From positions 9,116,001-9,180,000 of the forward strand of contig NC_045696.1 of the NCBI RefSeq assembly GCF_009834535.1: a stretch of DNA of 64,000 nucleotides. The letters are read 5' to 3'. Below the pieces are notes generated by a model. The model saw only the letters and a program-made list of their open reading frames with translations, did no database searches and was not told where the DNA came from. Origin of the DNA: Camelus ferus (lineage: Eukaryota). This document shows, piece by piece, positions 49,721-63,174 of the stretch; position 1 is the stretch's first letter; each line of letters opens with the position of its first letter. The position numbers and the translations under genes are program-made.

Positions 49721-52700
49721 TTCTAATCACAGAGAACTGGACCTGCCTATGTCCGTGAGCACAGGACTGTTTTACTCTTGAAAAAGAAAGAAAGAAAGAA
49801 AAAAAAAACACTCCAGAATGCTTTTTTTCCTGAACTTTATCTAATTAGGATTTTGGGGGCTACTTGAAATATAGATTATACATATATTATACCTAATGTC
49901 CATGAGTGATCAATAAATGCTCACCATGTATGGCTGGCATGTAGCTGATACTCAACAAATATTTTTTGGCAAATTACATGTCTTGAGAATATCAATATTG
50001 GCATGCCTGTTCTCAATTAAGTGATTTATTTAGTCTTACTCATCATCAATCTTAAGTATCAACAAGGTAATTTAGAAGTAACATTGGAAACAAAAGATTA
50101 CACTCAAATACACTGCCTTTGCCAAGCTTTGTAAGCCAGGCTTTGATGTTCTAACCATTCCCAAATAAGTCAGAAGCCATCTGTTAAACAAACAATTCAT
50201 TTGAGAGTGGCAGTGGTAACACTGAAAACTATCTACTACATTGTAAATACAGTTAGCCATTAGCTGATTAATGAACGTTAGCCAGAGAAGATATAAGAGA
50301 TATAGATTTATTCTCAAAGCTCTCACTTAGCCACTGATATTGTTGAGAATAAAATAATTCTCTTGACTTACAGCCACAAGACTGTGGTGGCCAGTATATT
50401 CTGTAGTCACATAATTACAGACTCAATTCTGCCCAGTTCTAACACCCCCAGTGCAACATGCACCTTCTAACCTGAAAGGAGATGACAGCCTTTCTCCTCC
50501 CTCCATATTGGTCACCCAAACTGGGAGGATCAAGTTAGCCAAATGACCTTTACGTTAGAAGAAACAGTCATATTAGTTCAAGCGCCCAAAGCAATGCAAT
50601 ATTTAACGATGTATTTCATGCACTGACATGCTTGTGCACCCAAATGTTACCCAGTCCAGAAGAACACTCTCCCTGCCAAACTCTCAGAAGAACTGCTCAA
50701 GACAAGAGGAAGTATTCCATGATCTTAGTCTACACAATTGCCCCCTGCTCACTATGTAATTCAGAGAAACTCTCTTCGTTCAGGAAGGTTGAGAATCTCA
50801 AAGAAGAAAATTGCTGGAGGCTGTAGTGAACACACGAAATATCTCTCCTTTCCTACTTGATTACAAAAGGGAAAAAAGAAAATATTTGGGGGAAATAGAA
50901 AGAGTATTCTATAAACAAATGCTCCATTCAGGCAGATCTACCACCAGCATCTACCACCACCACCCTTACCTAGTGACTAGAGGTGAAAATATTTGGCTCA
51001 ATCACATTAGTATACAATGGATTGGGGAGGGTTAGAAGTTTTACCAGACCCAGGTGTCAGTGCACAAGTAAATCAATATGCCATTTTTATTTGAGTTCAT
51101 TAGAACAAGCCCAAAGGCGCAGTCTTGTCAGTCTCTGAGACTGCTTAGAGGGGAGTGGAAGCATCAACATGAGAAACACATGGAAGCTCACGAGGTCTAA
51201 GACATGAACCAACACTGGGACCTGGTTCCATGTTCTCTCCCCATAACCAGTGTGCTTTCTATCATCATTCCTCTCTTTTGTATTAAGTAAAACAGATTTG
51301 GATTCGTTGGTCCCCTTCTCTCTCTTTGGTGTAACAACTGGAAAACTGGTGATTCGTGTGAAATGCTTTGCCAAGAAGACATTAAAGATGCATTTTATGC
51401 TTCAAGAATCCACAGGTTAGGTACTGTGTGCTCGGCTGGCCCTCAGGTCCCACATGGGGTGCACCTGGTCAGTACAGCAGGGAAGTCAAGGGGGAGAATC
51501 TTCCTCAAAACAGATTCTTTTCTGTTTTTAGTTCCTGGGCAGTTGTTTGTATTTTTCCACCCAATGTGAAAAACAGGGTCATAAAACCAAGAACAGTAGA
51601 ACAGTCAGAGTGAAATTAGTCTATTTTCACTTGAACATTTGTGGTTGTTTTCTTCAGAAACTGATCTTGATGACATGATTGATGGTCCCCTGTGGACCTT
51701 TTCCATTTGTGCCTCCCGTATGTCCCAATTACTTGGAGACGTGCAGTGTGCCAACACAGGCTGAGAAAAGGGAGTTAAAAGCTGAGCAGGCTTACTTGGG
51801 GGCTCTGAGCTCAGTGCAGGGGGCAGTCGTGATAGCTCTGAGGATCTTCAGGGTTCATCCTTGATGTGACCATCAAAACCTGACCCAAGGCTTCCAGCCC
51901 ACTTTTTGTCCCACTGTTTTACTGCAGCAACACAAAGTCGTGCCACTGATCGGTGGGGTCTGAAACCAGTGTGATGTGCTCTCCAGATAAATGTAGACTT
52001 AAGTGTACTCTGTATGCAGGCAACAGAGGGGCATCTGGTGTCATCTCATTGCTGGAAAGGGTCCATTAACCCTGCTAATTGTCCTCACCACTCTGCCTTA
52101 AAACCCTCTCACCCTCCCATGTGGATGCAAAGAATGCCTCGTACTCAATTTGTGGCCAATCTTGGCATTTAATGCCATTTGTATTCATCAGACTAATGGA
52201 AATATCAATTAAGCACAATCAAGTATCACTCTAAGAGCAGTAATGGACACTTACCTGAATCTGGAGTGCAGTGAAGGAAGCTCCTGGAGGTGTCTGGTGA
52301 ATGATTGTCAAGTGACTATGCAACCTGCACAGTGGGCCAACGTACCGTGAATGGATCTGCACAATTATGCTAGTATACAGTCTTACCAGACACATCATCA
52401 ATGTATAAGTAAATGAGGGTCTAATTTTTACTTGAGTGCATTAGAGCAAGATCAAAGATGATGCAGTCTTACATAAATCTTAGAAAACTACAATGTAAAT
52501 AACCTATGGAAGATCACCTAACCTGATCATTGAACCGCTGGGACCTGCTTCCGCGTTCCATCCCCCAGAACCCAGAGGCCCATCCCAACATAGGTGGGTG
52601 CCTCAAGGGAATGGTTTCACATCTCACTACCATAACATCTTTGTCCCACTCACTGAATCTCATTAATTCAGTCCTGGATTGGGTTGCAGGCACACTGGGG

Positions 52701-53639
52701 TAGGGGAGCTCATAAAATTTGAAGCTACTTTTTCTTCATTGTCTTCTAATTTTCCTTGAAGAATCAGACCATATTTTTCATGATTCAAAGTGCCCTGTGA
52801 AAGAGAATCCCTGATTTAAGGAGTTTTCTGCATTACCAAGATGAAGTAGGCTTGCAGGCTTTAACTTGCTGCATGTGTCTCTCATTAAATAATCCACTGA
52901 ACTTCAAATAAAAAAAAAAGAAAGAAAAAGGAATCATCAAATCAGCATCAACAGCTGAACATCAAACAATGAAACTATGATTAGTGCTCCGTACCATTAA
53001 GAAATTAGATTTTATACCTTCATCTTTCAGATAGCTGGCTTTAGTAAAGTGACCTTCAAAAAGAATGTGGGTGGATAGAGGTAAAACATTTTCTGCAGAG
53101 TATATGAGCTGACATTTAAGAGAGTGCTTTAGTAAGAGTCTTAACATGTCATACATGAAAAGACAGGAGTTTTGAAAGACTGATTGGTAGATTATGTGAA
53201 GACTCACAAAGCAAATAAAGCATGTCTCTTTGGACTTATGTTTGGGTAGGTCTTTGTGTCTCATTTTCAGGCTCCTCTGTGTAGTGAAGTCAGATACTTC
53301 GCTCAGGATGTGTTGAACTGAGCATGAATCTGAACCCATGTGGAAGAGCAGACAGTTATTTATATAGGATATTTGGGAGAAGTTCCAGGAGTTGCTGCAG
53401 GAACAGAGAGGCTGAAATTCCAAGATGAGGGGAAGGGAGACTCGGTACTGGTGCCTTAGAATATGGTCAACATCAAGCAGGAAATCACCATCTCCTTCTT
53501 CTCCCACGAAAGGCACCCTCCACAGTCACCCTCAGCCTTCTCCCTCAAAGAGTAGATTCTCTTATTCTAAAACACATGAGGGTGCCAAATAATGCACTGC
53601 ATAGGACTGCACTGAATGAGAAAGGGCTAGTGGTAGGTG

Positions 53640-53805
53640 GTCCACAGTTCCAGTTCATGGAAGTCACTGGATCGCCTTTGTTTTAAAGATGCAGAAACTG
53701 AGTCCCAAAGAGGAAAGTGCCCCACATCTCACTCCTGGTTAGTGGGAGAGCCAAGAGGAGAAAGTAGGTCTCAACTCCCAGCTCAGTGATCTTTCTCTCT
53801 TGCCA
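53640..53805 (-). mobile_element. MIR SINE
   Basis: ttttaaagatgcagaaactgagtcccaaagagg...ggttagtgggagagccaagagg. Confidence 0.7.
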
Positions 53806-54691
53806 TATTTGTTTAGACGCATGTCCTGTGAACAGACCTGCCTCCCTCAGAGGCAGAATAATGTGTCCTTAGCAACTTTTCCCTCTGGTCTGGAACCTTC
53901 TGGAGGCACAGAGGCTAAAGGGAACCACTTTGACTCCTGGACACCAGAGTGAAGATAGGAAATGTCCGGACTCTGGATGAAGGCTTGTCAGAAGGACATT
54001 TTGGTTGTTTATATGTTGATCAGATGATTAAGGTTAGAGAAAAGGACAGACTAATCCTCAGCCAAGATCTTTAGATTAGAGAGATCTGAGGAAGGACCAT
54101 TCCTTGGCGTGTCCAGGGCACTAGTAGCCACGGTCATCCCTCCAGGGCAGGATCAGACGTCTCCAGCTCTCTGTACTGCAGTTGAATAGTGCTGGGTCAT
54201 TGCTCTCATGAGGAAGGAAAGCTATGTTTGCATTTATTTGATTTTGAATTGAAGGGGGCAAATATATTTCGGAGGAGCCAGAAGCACAAATCAAAGCTTT
54301 CCAAGCCCAGTGGAAGAGACACCTACTAATTATCACTCTTTAAAGCACCAGAAAGTTCCAACACTTCCCTGTGAAAGCTGTAAGTGTAGCATCATCTTGC
54401 TTCATTTGAAAAGGAGAATAGTTGAAGGCTAAGTGGGGTTGACAAATGGTGAGACGTCTGAAGCGCTCATAAGCTCTTGTTCCCAAAACAAAACTGAATG
54501 TAGTCGACCTCATCTCTTCCCTCGACTGTGATCCAGGACTTAGGGACAAATTGGATGCAAACTGTTCTTTTTCATCTATCTCAGCATTAGAACATATATA
54601 TGTATATGATTATATTCTCCTGCATTCGTCTATATAGCAACATGGGCAGTGTGCTATCAAAGAAATGAGTTTAAAAATCATTAGGGTAATT

Positions 54692-55341
54692 TTTTAAATT
54701 TAAATTTTATTTTTTATTGCAGTGTGATTGATTTACAATGTTAGTTTCGGGTGTACAACAAAGCGATTCAGTTATACATATACTCACATATACATACATA
54801 TTTTCAGATTCTTTTCCATTATATGTTATCACAAGAAATTGAATATAGTTTCCTGTACTACACTGCAGGCCCTTGTGGTTTATCTTTTATATATGCTAAT
54901 GTGTATCTGTTAATCCCAAACTCCTACTTTATCCTTCCCCCACTTTCCCCTTTGGTAACCGTAGTTTGTTTCCTATGTCTGCGAGTCTGTTTTTAGCTTG
55001 GAAATTAAATTTGTATCATTTCTTTTTAGATTCCACATATTCTTTTTTATGGCTGAGTAATATTCCATTGTGTATATGTATATGTACCACAACTTCTTTA
55101 TCCATTCATCTGTCGATGGACATTTAGGTTGTTTCCATGTCTTGGCTATCGTTAATAGTACTGCTATGAACATTGGGGTGCATGTGTCTTTTTGAATTAG
55201 AGTTTTCTCCAGATATATGCCTAGGAGTAGGGTTGTTGGATCATATGATAACTCTATTTTTGGTTTTTTAAGGAACCTCCACACTGTCTTCAGCAAATTA
55301 CTGATTATTACCAAACAATAAATGCTGGAGAGGGTGTAGGG
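54692..55341 (-). mobile_element. L1 insertion with 5' inversion, internal deletion and 18-bp TSD
   Basis: Antisense 3' part to about 55291, sense ORF2 piece at about 55314-55345; TSD aaaatcattagggtaatt (54674-54691) vs aaaatcatgagggtaatt (55342-55359). ORF 54973-55314 reads as the L1 ORF2 C-terminus (WKQPKCPSTDEWIKKLW). Confidence 0.92.
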
Positions 55342-57124
55342 AAAATCATGAGGGTAATTATTCCTTTTATGTGCTATGTATTGTCTTCTGTGTGTTTAGA
55401 ACTTGGGTTGAGAAATTCTAGGCTTTGATGACTAACAGAAACCATCTAGTTGGGACACTAAGGAACTGAAGAGTACTTCCCACTTGACATACTGCAAGCC
55501 ACACTTTACTTATGGCCCAAGAATTCTGGACTGTGGCTTATGTGGGCACTGCCATTATTAATTTGCCTCATTAAGTCATTAATGTTTCTACCCCATTGGC
55601 AGCTTCCATTCCATGAGATTCTCAGGAGCCACTTTCTGGAATTATTTCTCATCTCATGCCACCCATTAGACATGCAAAGCAAAATCAGGAGGGGTTGACT
55701 ATGGACCAGAAGAAGCTAACACTTTTTTTTTTTTTTGACTCTGAAAAGAATTTAGAAAAGTTATAAGGTTGAAACATCCCTGTCTCTTTGTGGCAGATCA
55801 ATAAATGGGTGGTGGCTGTTGATTCCTCTTTTAAATAACAAACAAAAGGAAATATGCAGGGGAGAGCTGCACGTGGTTGCATACTGCACAATTGCTAAGC
55901 TAACCTGAAAGATCTTGTCTGAGAGGAAAGAAAAAAATAAACCTGGAAACAAAGTGATGCAAAGATCACAGAACTTGAAATGCTCCAGAGTTTTCCAAAC
56001 CACCTGTGCAGAAGCTGGTGCGGGTCTAGCATCCCCCCCACCCCCCCACCCACACACAACATGGGCAGCTCTGCTTCCACAGGCTCCTGCTTTTGCATAT
56101 GTGTTCAGACTCCCTGGGTGGAAGGTTTTAAGCAGTCTTTAGCAGCCCCTGTCTTGGGAGATTGATTCCTGGTGCTTAAATTCTCTACCTTCCTGACAGG
56201 CTGGACCCAGGCGCCCAAGGGCAATACTGAGGGTACTCAAGACTGAGACTAGGGCATTGCTGTGTCTCCTCTCATGCCGACATGACAGGTGTAATCCGGC
56301 TGGCCAGAATGAAATCTCTTTTATCACACGTGCCATATCTTGCTGTATGATCACTGCGTTATTCACCAATGGAAGAATTCAAAGTCCATTTTAGCAACAG
56401 ATAAATCCATTGATGGACAGCATAGAAACAAACTGATGCTACTGACAACTGGCAATCCAACAGATGTGGTCATTTCCGCTGTGAAGTAATAATATTTTGT
56501 TCATCTTCTGTGGCTGTCTAGGAGGTGGCTGTTAGAACGACAAAGTGTATCTATTGCACCTAGCTAAATATTAAATTGTATTTCTGGAAATTTTCCCCCT
56601 GGGATAAATTTTTTAATGAAAAATCCATTAGAAATCTCTAATACAGAAGATACCTATAGGTTATATTAATCATTTTTTTAAATATCAAATGCTAGCATAG
56701 TAGGCTCATTGATTAGTCATCCAACTTGTTTATAAATTTCACCTATAAAACTTTTCTAAAGAAAAATTTTAAGATATGAAATTTGCCTTTATCTGAACTG
56801 AGTCTAGAAAAATAGTGATAAATATACGTTTTCTTTGGAATTATTTTTGCCAGTAGAATACATAAATCCCTTTGGTCCCAACACTTGGCCAGATAAGTAG
56901 CAAAACCAAGGTGATACTTTATCATCAGAATATTCTCAGGAGCCTATTTGACAAAAAATTATCATCAGAAGGTTATTCCCTTTTGCTCCTCTAAATACAG
57001 GCAAAGACATAATAAAGGATTATTACAAATAATATCAAGCACAAAAAAAAGTGTTGAGAAAAAAGAGAATGGCATTTGTTACAGTGATTTTATTGAAAGG
57101 CCAACTTTTCCAACCTTTTATTAT

Positions 57125-58535
57125 TATTATTAACTTTTTAAAGTAAGACTTTATTTTTTAGAGCAGTTTTAGGTTCACAGCAAAATGAGGGGGTGGGGTA
57201 CAGAGATTTCCCATATACTCTCTGCCCCTACCTATGCGTAGCCTCCGTAATGAACATCCTCCACCAGCCAGGTACATTTGTTACAACTGATGAGCCTACA
57301 ATAACACATTATCACCCAAAGTCCGTAGTTTACATTTAGATTCACCTTGGTGTTTGTATATCCTATGGGTTTGGACAAATGTACAATGAGATGTACCCAT
57401 TATGGTATCACACAAACATTTCCACTGCCCTAAAAATCCCCTGTGTTCTGCCTATTCAATCCTATTTTCTATCCCCAGCCCCCGGCAACCACTGACCTTT
57501 TTACTCTGTCCATGGTTTTGTCTTTTCCAGGATGTCATATAGTACGGCGCCTGTTGAGCCTGGCTTCTTTCACTGAGTACTGTGTCTTTAAGATTCCTTC
57601 GCATCTGTTTGTAGCTTGATGACTCATTTCTTTTTAATACTGAATAGCAGTCAATTGTCTGGTGTTTATCCATTCACCTACTGAAGGACATCTTGGTTGC
57701 TTTCAAGTTTTAGCAATTATGAATAAAGCTACAATAAACATTCGTGTGCAGGTTTTTGTGTGGACTTTAGTTTTCAACTCCTTTGGGTAAATACCAAGGA
57801 GGAAGATTGCTGGATCATATATTAAGAGTATGTTTAGTTTTGTGAAATAACTTCCAAACTGTCTTCCACCGTTGGCTGTACCATTTTGCATTCCCACCCG
57901 CAATAAATGAGAGATCCTGTTGCTCAACATCGTCTTCAGCGTTTGGTGTTGTCAGTGTTTTATATTTTGGCCACTCTAACAGGGGCGTAGTGACGTCTCA
58001 CTGTTGTTTCAATTTACATTTCCCTGATGATGAATGATGTGCAGCATGTTTTCACGTCCTTATTTGCCATCTGTACATCTTCTTTGGTGAGATATATGTG
58101 AAGGTCTTTGGCCCGTTTTTTAATTGGATTATTTGTTTTCTTATTGTTGAGTTTTAAGAGTTCTTTGTGTATTTCAGGTAATAATAGTCTTTTATCAGAC
58201 TTGGCTTTCACAAATATTTTCTCCCACTTTGTGGCTTGTCTTCTCATTCTCTCAATATCGTCATTCACAGAGCACAAGTTTTTCATTTTAATGAAGTCCA
58301 GCATACCAGTCATTTCTTTTGAGGATCATGCCCCTGTTGTTGTATGTAAATGTTGTGATCACACCCAAAGTCATCGGGTTTCTACTACATTTCTTCTAGG
58401 AGTGCTACAGTTTTTTTTTTTCACATTTAGGTCTATGATTTATTCTGAGTTCATTTTTGTGACGGATGTAAGGTCTATGTCTAGGTCTTTTTTTTGCATG
58501 TGGATGTCCAGTGGTTCCAGCACCATTGGTTGAAA
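57125..58535 (-). mobile_element. L1MC1/L1MB-like 3' portion with ORF2 remnants
   Basis: tttttagagcagttttaggttcacagcaaaa tail; minus-strand ORFs 57703-57930 and 58014-58313 resemble the L1 ORF2 C-terminus (YDPAIFLLGIYPKELK; KKTNNPIKK). Confidence 0.9.
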
Positions 58536-60863
58536 CCATCCTTGTTTTTAAACAATGTGTGTCAGCACTTTGGCAGATGTGGCGTTTGACAGGTCAGAAG
58601 GATCCCCACATATAGAAAAGCATTGAGTTCCGGGGGGGTGGGGGAAGAAGAGCAAATACATAGCAGGAAAAAACTGAGAGGAGGTAGGAAACAAAATTTG
58701 TCTGCAGGACCCGGAGCAAGACATCAGACTGAGAGAATGGACCCAAGCTTAAGAGATAAACAATTATTCCGATTCTCATTCTAATCAAAGCCAGTTTGCT
58801 CCTAAATTAGAGACTGAATCATTCAGCTACAAATTAAGTTCTGAGAGAATTCACTTACTTTTGGTTTTGAACGCGATTACTCTTCAGTGAAAAAAGAAAA
58901 ATATAACAACTTTAGTTCCCCTGGAAATGTAATTGGCATGAAACTGCTGGGGAAAAAAATCGTATCTGATACATATGGGCAAAGGATGAGGTATGACATT
59001 AAAAAGTGCACCCCAAACCTGCACATTGAGCCTCAAAACATTTTAGGGTCCAATTTTTTAGATTTGTTTTTCCAGCTGAAGAAAACCATTCCTGAACTGT
59101 TTAGAGTGACCTCAAATAGAAAGTGACGGTTAATGAGGTCACCTTACAAGGTGCTTACTAGTTACGTCATTCATGATTAATTTATTTCAGGTGTTATTCA
59201 CTGATTTATAATTGATCCATAATTTATTCAGTATTCATTTCATTTATGTATTTATTTCAAAGGAGAGAAAAGGTGGAGACTGAGGAATGAAAGCTGAGCT
59301 AGTCGATTAAGTCATTGGGATCATTTCAGACACATTACCCCCAAGCCTCTGTGAGTCACCCAGGGCATTCCAGCCCTCAACAATAGATTATTGTAGTTTT
59401 TTTGGCTCACAGCCACAGTGTCACAGTGGCACTCTCCCAGGTCCATCTGTGTTTTAAAAATATTACAGTAACAACAACAATAATAATAACTGTAATTGTT
59501 GGAGTATTAAGAAAAGGCTGCATTAAAGAGGCAATGTTGCATTAGTCAGTCCAGCAGAATAAATGATAACCTGGCCTTTGATTAAATGAATCTTTATTAG
59601 GTGACAAAGATTAGGCCCATCTGTGCATAATCTTTCTTGCTTTGGGCCAAGCCCTCTGTCTGTGCACTGAGGAAAGAGAAATGGCACGCCTAGGTCAGGG
59701 GGACAATAGTCTCCTTTGTCTCTCTCTGTTCTACGGAGAATTTTTTTAATGCTTTTTTTTGAAGCCCCACAGAGAATCATTTTTAGCTTTTAAATCAAAT
59801 TAACCCCTTTTCCCACTAAACAGCCCTAAATAGTAGTCTGGAGAGGAAGAGAAAAAAAAATAGTTCTTCTCAACTTGCAAGTATTTACATAGAAATTGCA
59901 GGAGGTGGGACTGATGCCTCCAGAGTCTTGCAACAGAGTGCTTGCTCTTCCTGGGCCGGCAATTATAAGCAAGCAAACTGTACTCACTCAGCAGCCTGTT
60001 GGCCGGGTCCCTGCTATCTGTTGATATTTCTGGCCACACCGCAATTTTTTTTCCTCCGTCCACTCCAGTGTCTTTGCAAACCCACCTCTGGGCAATTAGA
60101 GACGAAATACCGCCCTTGTACCCGACTCCTACGTGTATGCAGTTACCAGCTTTTTATCACCAACGCCTTCTCCACAGATGCCTATCCTGTTTCTATTTAG
60201 ATTCACGAACATCTGTTACACAGGAGATGGGTTAGCTACCAAACACTACTGTTAGATTTCTCGCCAGCAAGTCTCATGCCTTCATGTGGTTTCTGTTTTC
60301 TTCTTTAAACAGTTAATTATGTTTTATGCTTTCTTCTATAAAAGCTAAATTTAGCTAAGTTTTATACTAATTTAAAACATTTTCTGGAAATGACAGAGTG
60401 CTATTGTTAAAAAAAAAAAAACAGAGAGGCTGAATTCTCAATGGTTATCACAAATGAATTGAGGGGGGGAAATGAACACGTCAGCTTGTGTCTGTAAGTC
60501 TCAGATTTTATTTGATGTATGTGGACAGTGTTCGGATTGTAAATCAATCCACAGCCGGTGCTCACGTATGCATTTGGATACAGGATGGGGCTTCTGGAAG
60601 GGAAGCCTCCTGGCTTTTCTCCCCCTCCTGTTAGTCTCCTCTAAGTGTGGACCGAGTGTAAGCTGAATTCTGTGTATCGCTGGCTGGAGCTGAGTAGAGC
60701 TATGTGTGCTGTGTAAACATTGGCAAACACACTTCTGTGTACACCAACTGCATCAGACTGCTTTGCTGTTTATAGGGGTATCTGTTATGTTTGCTTTCTG
60801 ACTTTTATTCAAAACATTAATGTGAGAGAGACAGCTTCTAGCTGTACTGGGCATCTTGTAGCC

Positions 60864-61080
60864 CAGTGTTTCTCAACTGGGGTGATATCGCCCAGCAGAG
60901 AACACCTGGCAACATCTGGAGATGTTTTTGGTCATTATATCATTGGTCGGGGGTGCTCCTGGCATCTGGTAGACAGAGGCCAGGGATGCTGCTCTACATC
61001 CTGCATCGCACAGGGCGGCTCTCCACAGCAAAGAGTTATCCATCCTGAAGTGTCAGTAGTTCCAAAGTTAAGAAACCTTA
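60864..61080. mobile_element. MER20 hAT-Charlie DNA transposon, near full length
   Basis: cagtgtttctcaactggggtgat...ggcaacatctggagatgtttttggtc...ctggcatctggtagacagaggccagggatgctgct...aagaaacctta; 217 bp. Confidence 0.9.
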
Positions 61081-61460
61081 CCTTAGCCAGCTTACAAAAT
61101 GCTTCAAACTTGCTCACTGAGGGATTAGTTCAACTTGATGATCATCATTAGTACCTATCTTATTATTCCTGCCAGTAAAAATTCTCCGAATCCAGAGCAC
61201 TGTTGCAAATGCTCAAAGGCACATTTACCCACTATTTTATGTATCTTCCCTAAACTTCCACAACATGTACGTTTGTGAAGATACTGTCTGAGTAGCAAAT
61301 GTGGAACTAAGAAACTATGCACTTACCTCAAGGTCCTGTAATGTTGAATATAGGAGTTGCGTTTAAGTCCCAGATTTAAGTCCAACTCCATCCTAATTAG
61401 AATTCACCCCTGATGGGACTCTGCAAAGGGAAACTGTGGTGTAGCAGGAGAGCCCACAGC

Positions 61461-61477
61461 GGGGGGGGGGGGGGGGG
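61461..61477. repeat. G17 homopolymer
   Basis: Directly visible. Confidence 0.9.
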
Positions 61478-63174
61478 CATTTCTGGGTTCTCTTTCTGTT
61501 TCTCAAAAGCCATCAACTAGAATCAGTGAACATATGAGGAACAGATTATTTTAATTATAGAAGTATATTTTGGTTTCCTCTCTAATCCTTTTTATTAATT
61601 TCCCTCTTAAAAATGTCATTGGGTTAAGAATTTATTAGGTGTAAAAAGATCATATTTTAAATCATCAAATGTTGAATGAAGACAAAATCAAACTGGAAAA
61701 AAAAAAGGTACTGAAGGAAAGAGAGAGAGAGAAAATGAATAAAGAAAAATCAGAAAGAAAAAAAAAGAAAGAGGGGGAAATGAAAGGAGATGACTGCTAT
61801 TTCCGGGTGGGCGGTGGAAAGTCTTGACTGGTGAGATCTCTGTGGAACCCTGGGGTCATGTGCCCATTCTTCATCATGGCTCCCACCCTTGTCTTCACCC
61901 TCCTTCCCTGATTCACACCCACACAGCCTCCTTCCGGAAGTCCATCACACCCTCCTCTGTCGCAGCTGCACCTGCAGAGCCAACAGCCACAAAGATGGCC
62001 CTACACCCTCCATTTCTGCTTCTCAAACTTGGCTTCCATGTGCCCTAATGCACCAGCACCTGAGTTAGCCCATGATTCACATCTTAACTCTTCAGTGATT
62101 CCAAGGCCAAGCTTTCCAACATCTGACAAGATAAAGCAAGCTGGACTAGCATACATGTAGCAAGTTGGGACAACATGAAGGTCAAGGCCAGGCTGAACTG
62201 GTGGATTCTCGCTCCCTTGGGTAAGCTCCCTTTGGCAGTGTATTGCATGCCCAGGCAAACCAAAGATGAGGGCAAGACACAGGAACTTTTTCTTTAAAAA
62301 GGAACATAGGTCTTGAACACTTTCTACTTTCACCTCCATATACGCTGAACATAGTAAGGCAATGGAATTTGCTTCCTTTTCTGGTAATAAATCTTAATGA
62401 CTCCAACTTGCTAGGAGTCATTTTTTTAAAAGCATATCAAAATTTGGTAAAGGATGGATAACACTCATAAAAATGTCACACATCAGGTTTATTATTAGTG
62501 ACTGCAAGTGTTAGAGTCAATGAAAACATAAGTGTCAGCAGTATCAGAGCACTGGGTGTACTCTGACCTAGTTACGTGCGTATTTCAAAACACTGATTCC
62601 TACCTGCAGGGCTATTTGTGGCATGTAACAAGCAGACATCTCACGGCACCTATGCACTGGGAGGTCTGTAGAAGGCAAGTGGCCTGTAGGTTGGAGAAGA
62701 GGTGTTTAGCTCTAAACAATTTCACCATCAAGATGGCCCCAACCAACAATCTCCCAAGATAAAACAGTTAATGTCTTGTGCATACACCTTTCCAATCCCT
62801 GCTTAAAGCCAGCAGCTTTGCTTGAATACATATCACAAGTGCACCTATATTTGTCCCACATTTTCTTGCACAAATTATCTTAGACCGCATCACATATGTG
62901 TGATCATTATGCCCACAGATGCCTGTGTACCCATGAGAAAACTAGGAGTAGAAAGTGAGAATATAAAAGAGGGTGCAGGTGCAATCAGGGCACAGATGGG
63001 GATGGAGAACAGGAAAGAGTGGTGAACTGGGCAGAGAAGCAGGGATGAGGCCAGTTGGTGAGTAAGCAGGAAAGGATAGAAAATGGGGGGGGGGGTGATG
63101 CAAGGTCCACTGGACATGATCGGTTAACATGAAATCAAAAGCTAAGAATGAGCATTTTCTAGAATATATCATCT

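Noticed and set aside
52962..53516. Longest ORF in the window (184 aa, minus strand)
   Set aside because: No recognisable domain, non-ATG start, random-looking composition; expected by chance in 64 kb.
54973..55314. 113-aa ORF with real protein similarity
   Set aside because: It is the L1 ORF2 C-terminus in a truncated, rearranged copy, not a host gene.
57703..58313. Two ORFs resembling protein sequence
   Set aside because: Frameshifted L1 ORF2 remnants.
61461..61477. G17 run as a G-quadruplex element
   Set aside because: Isolated homopolymer of uncertain length with no supporting context.
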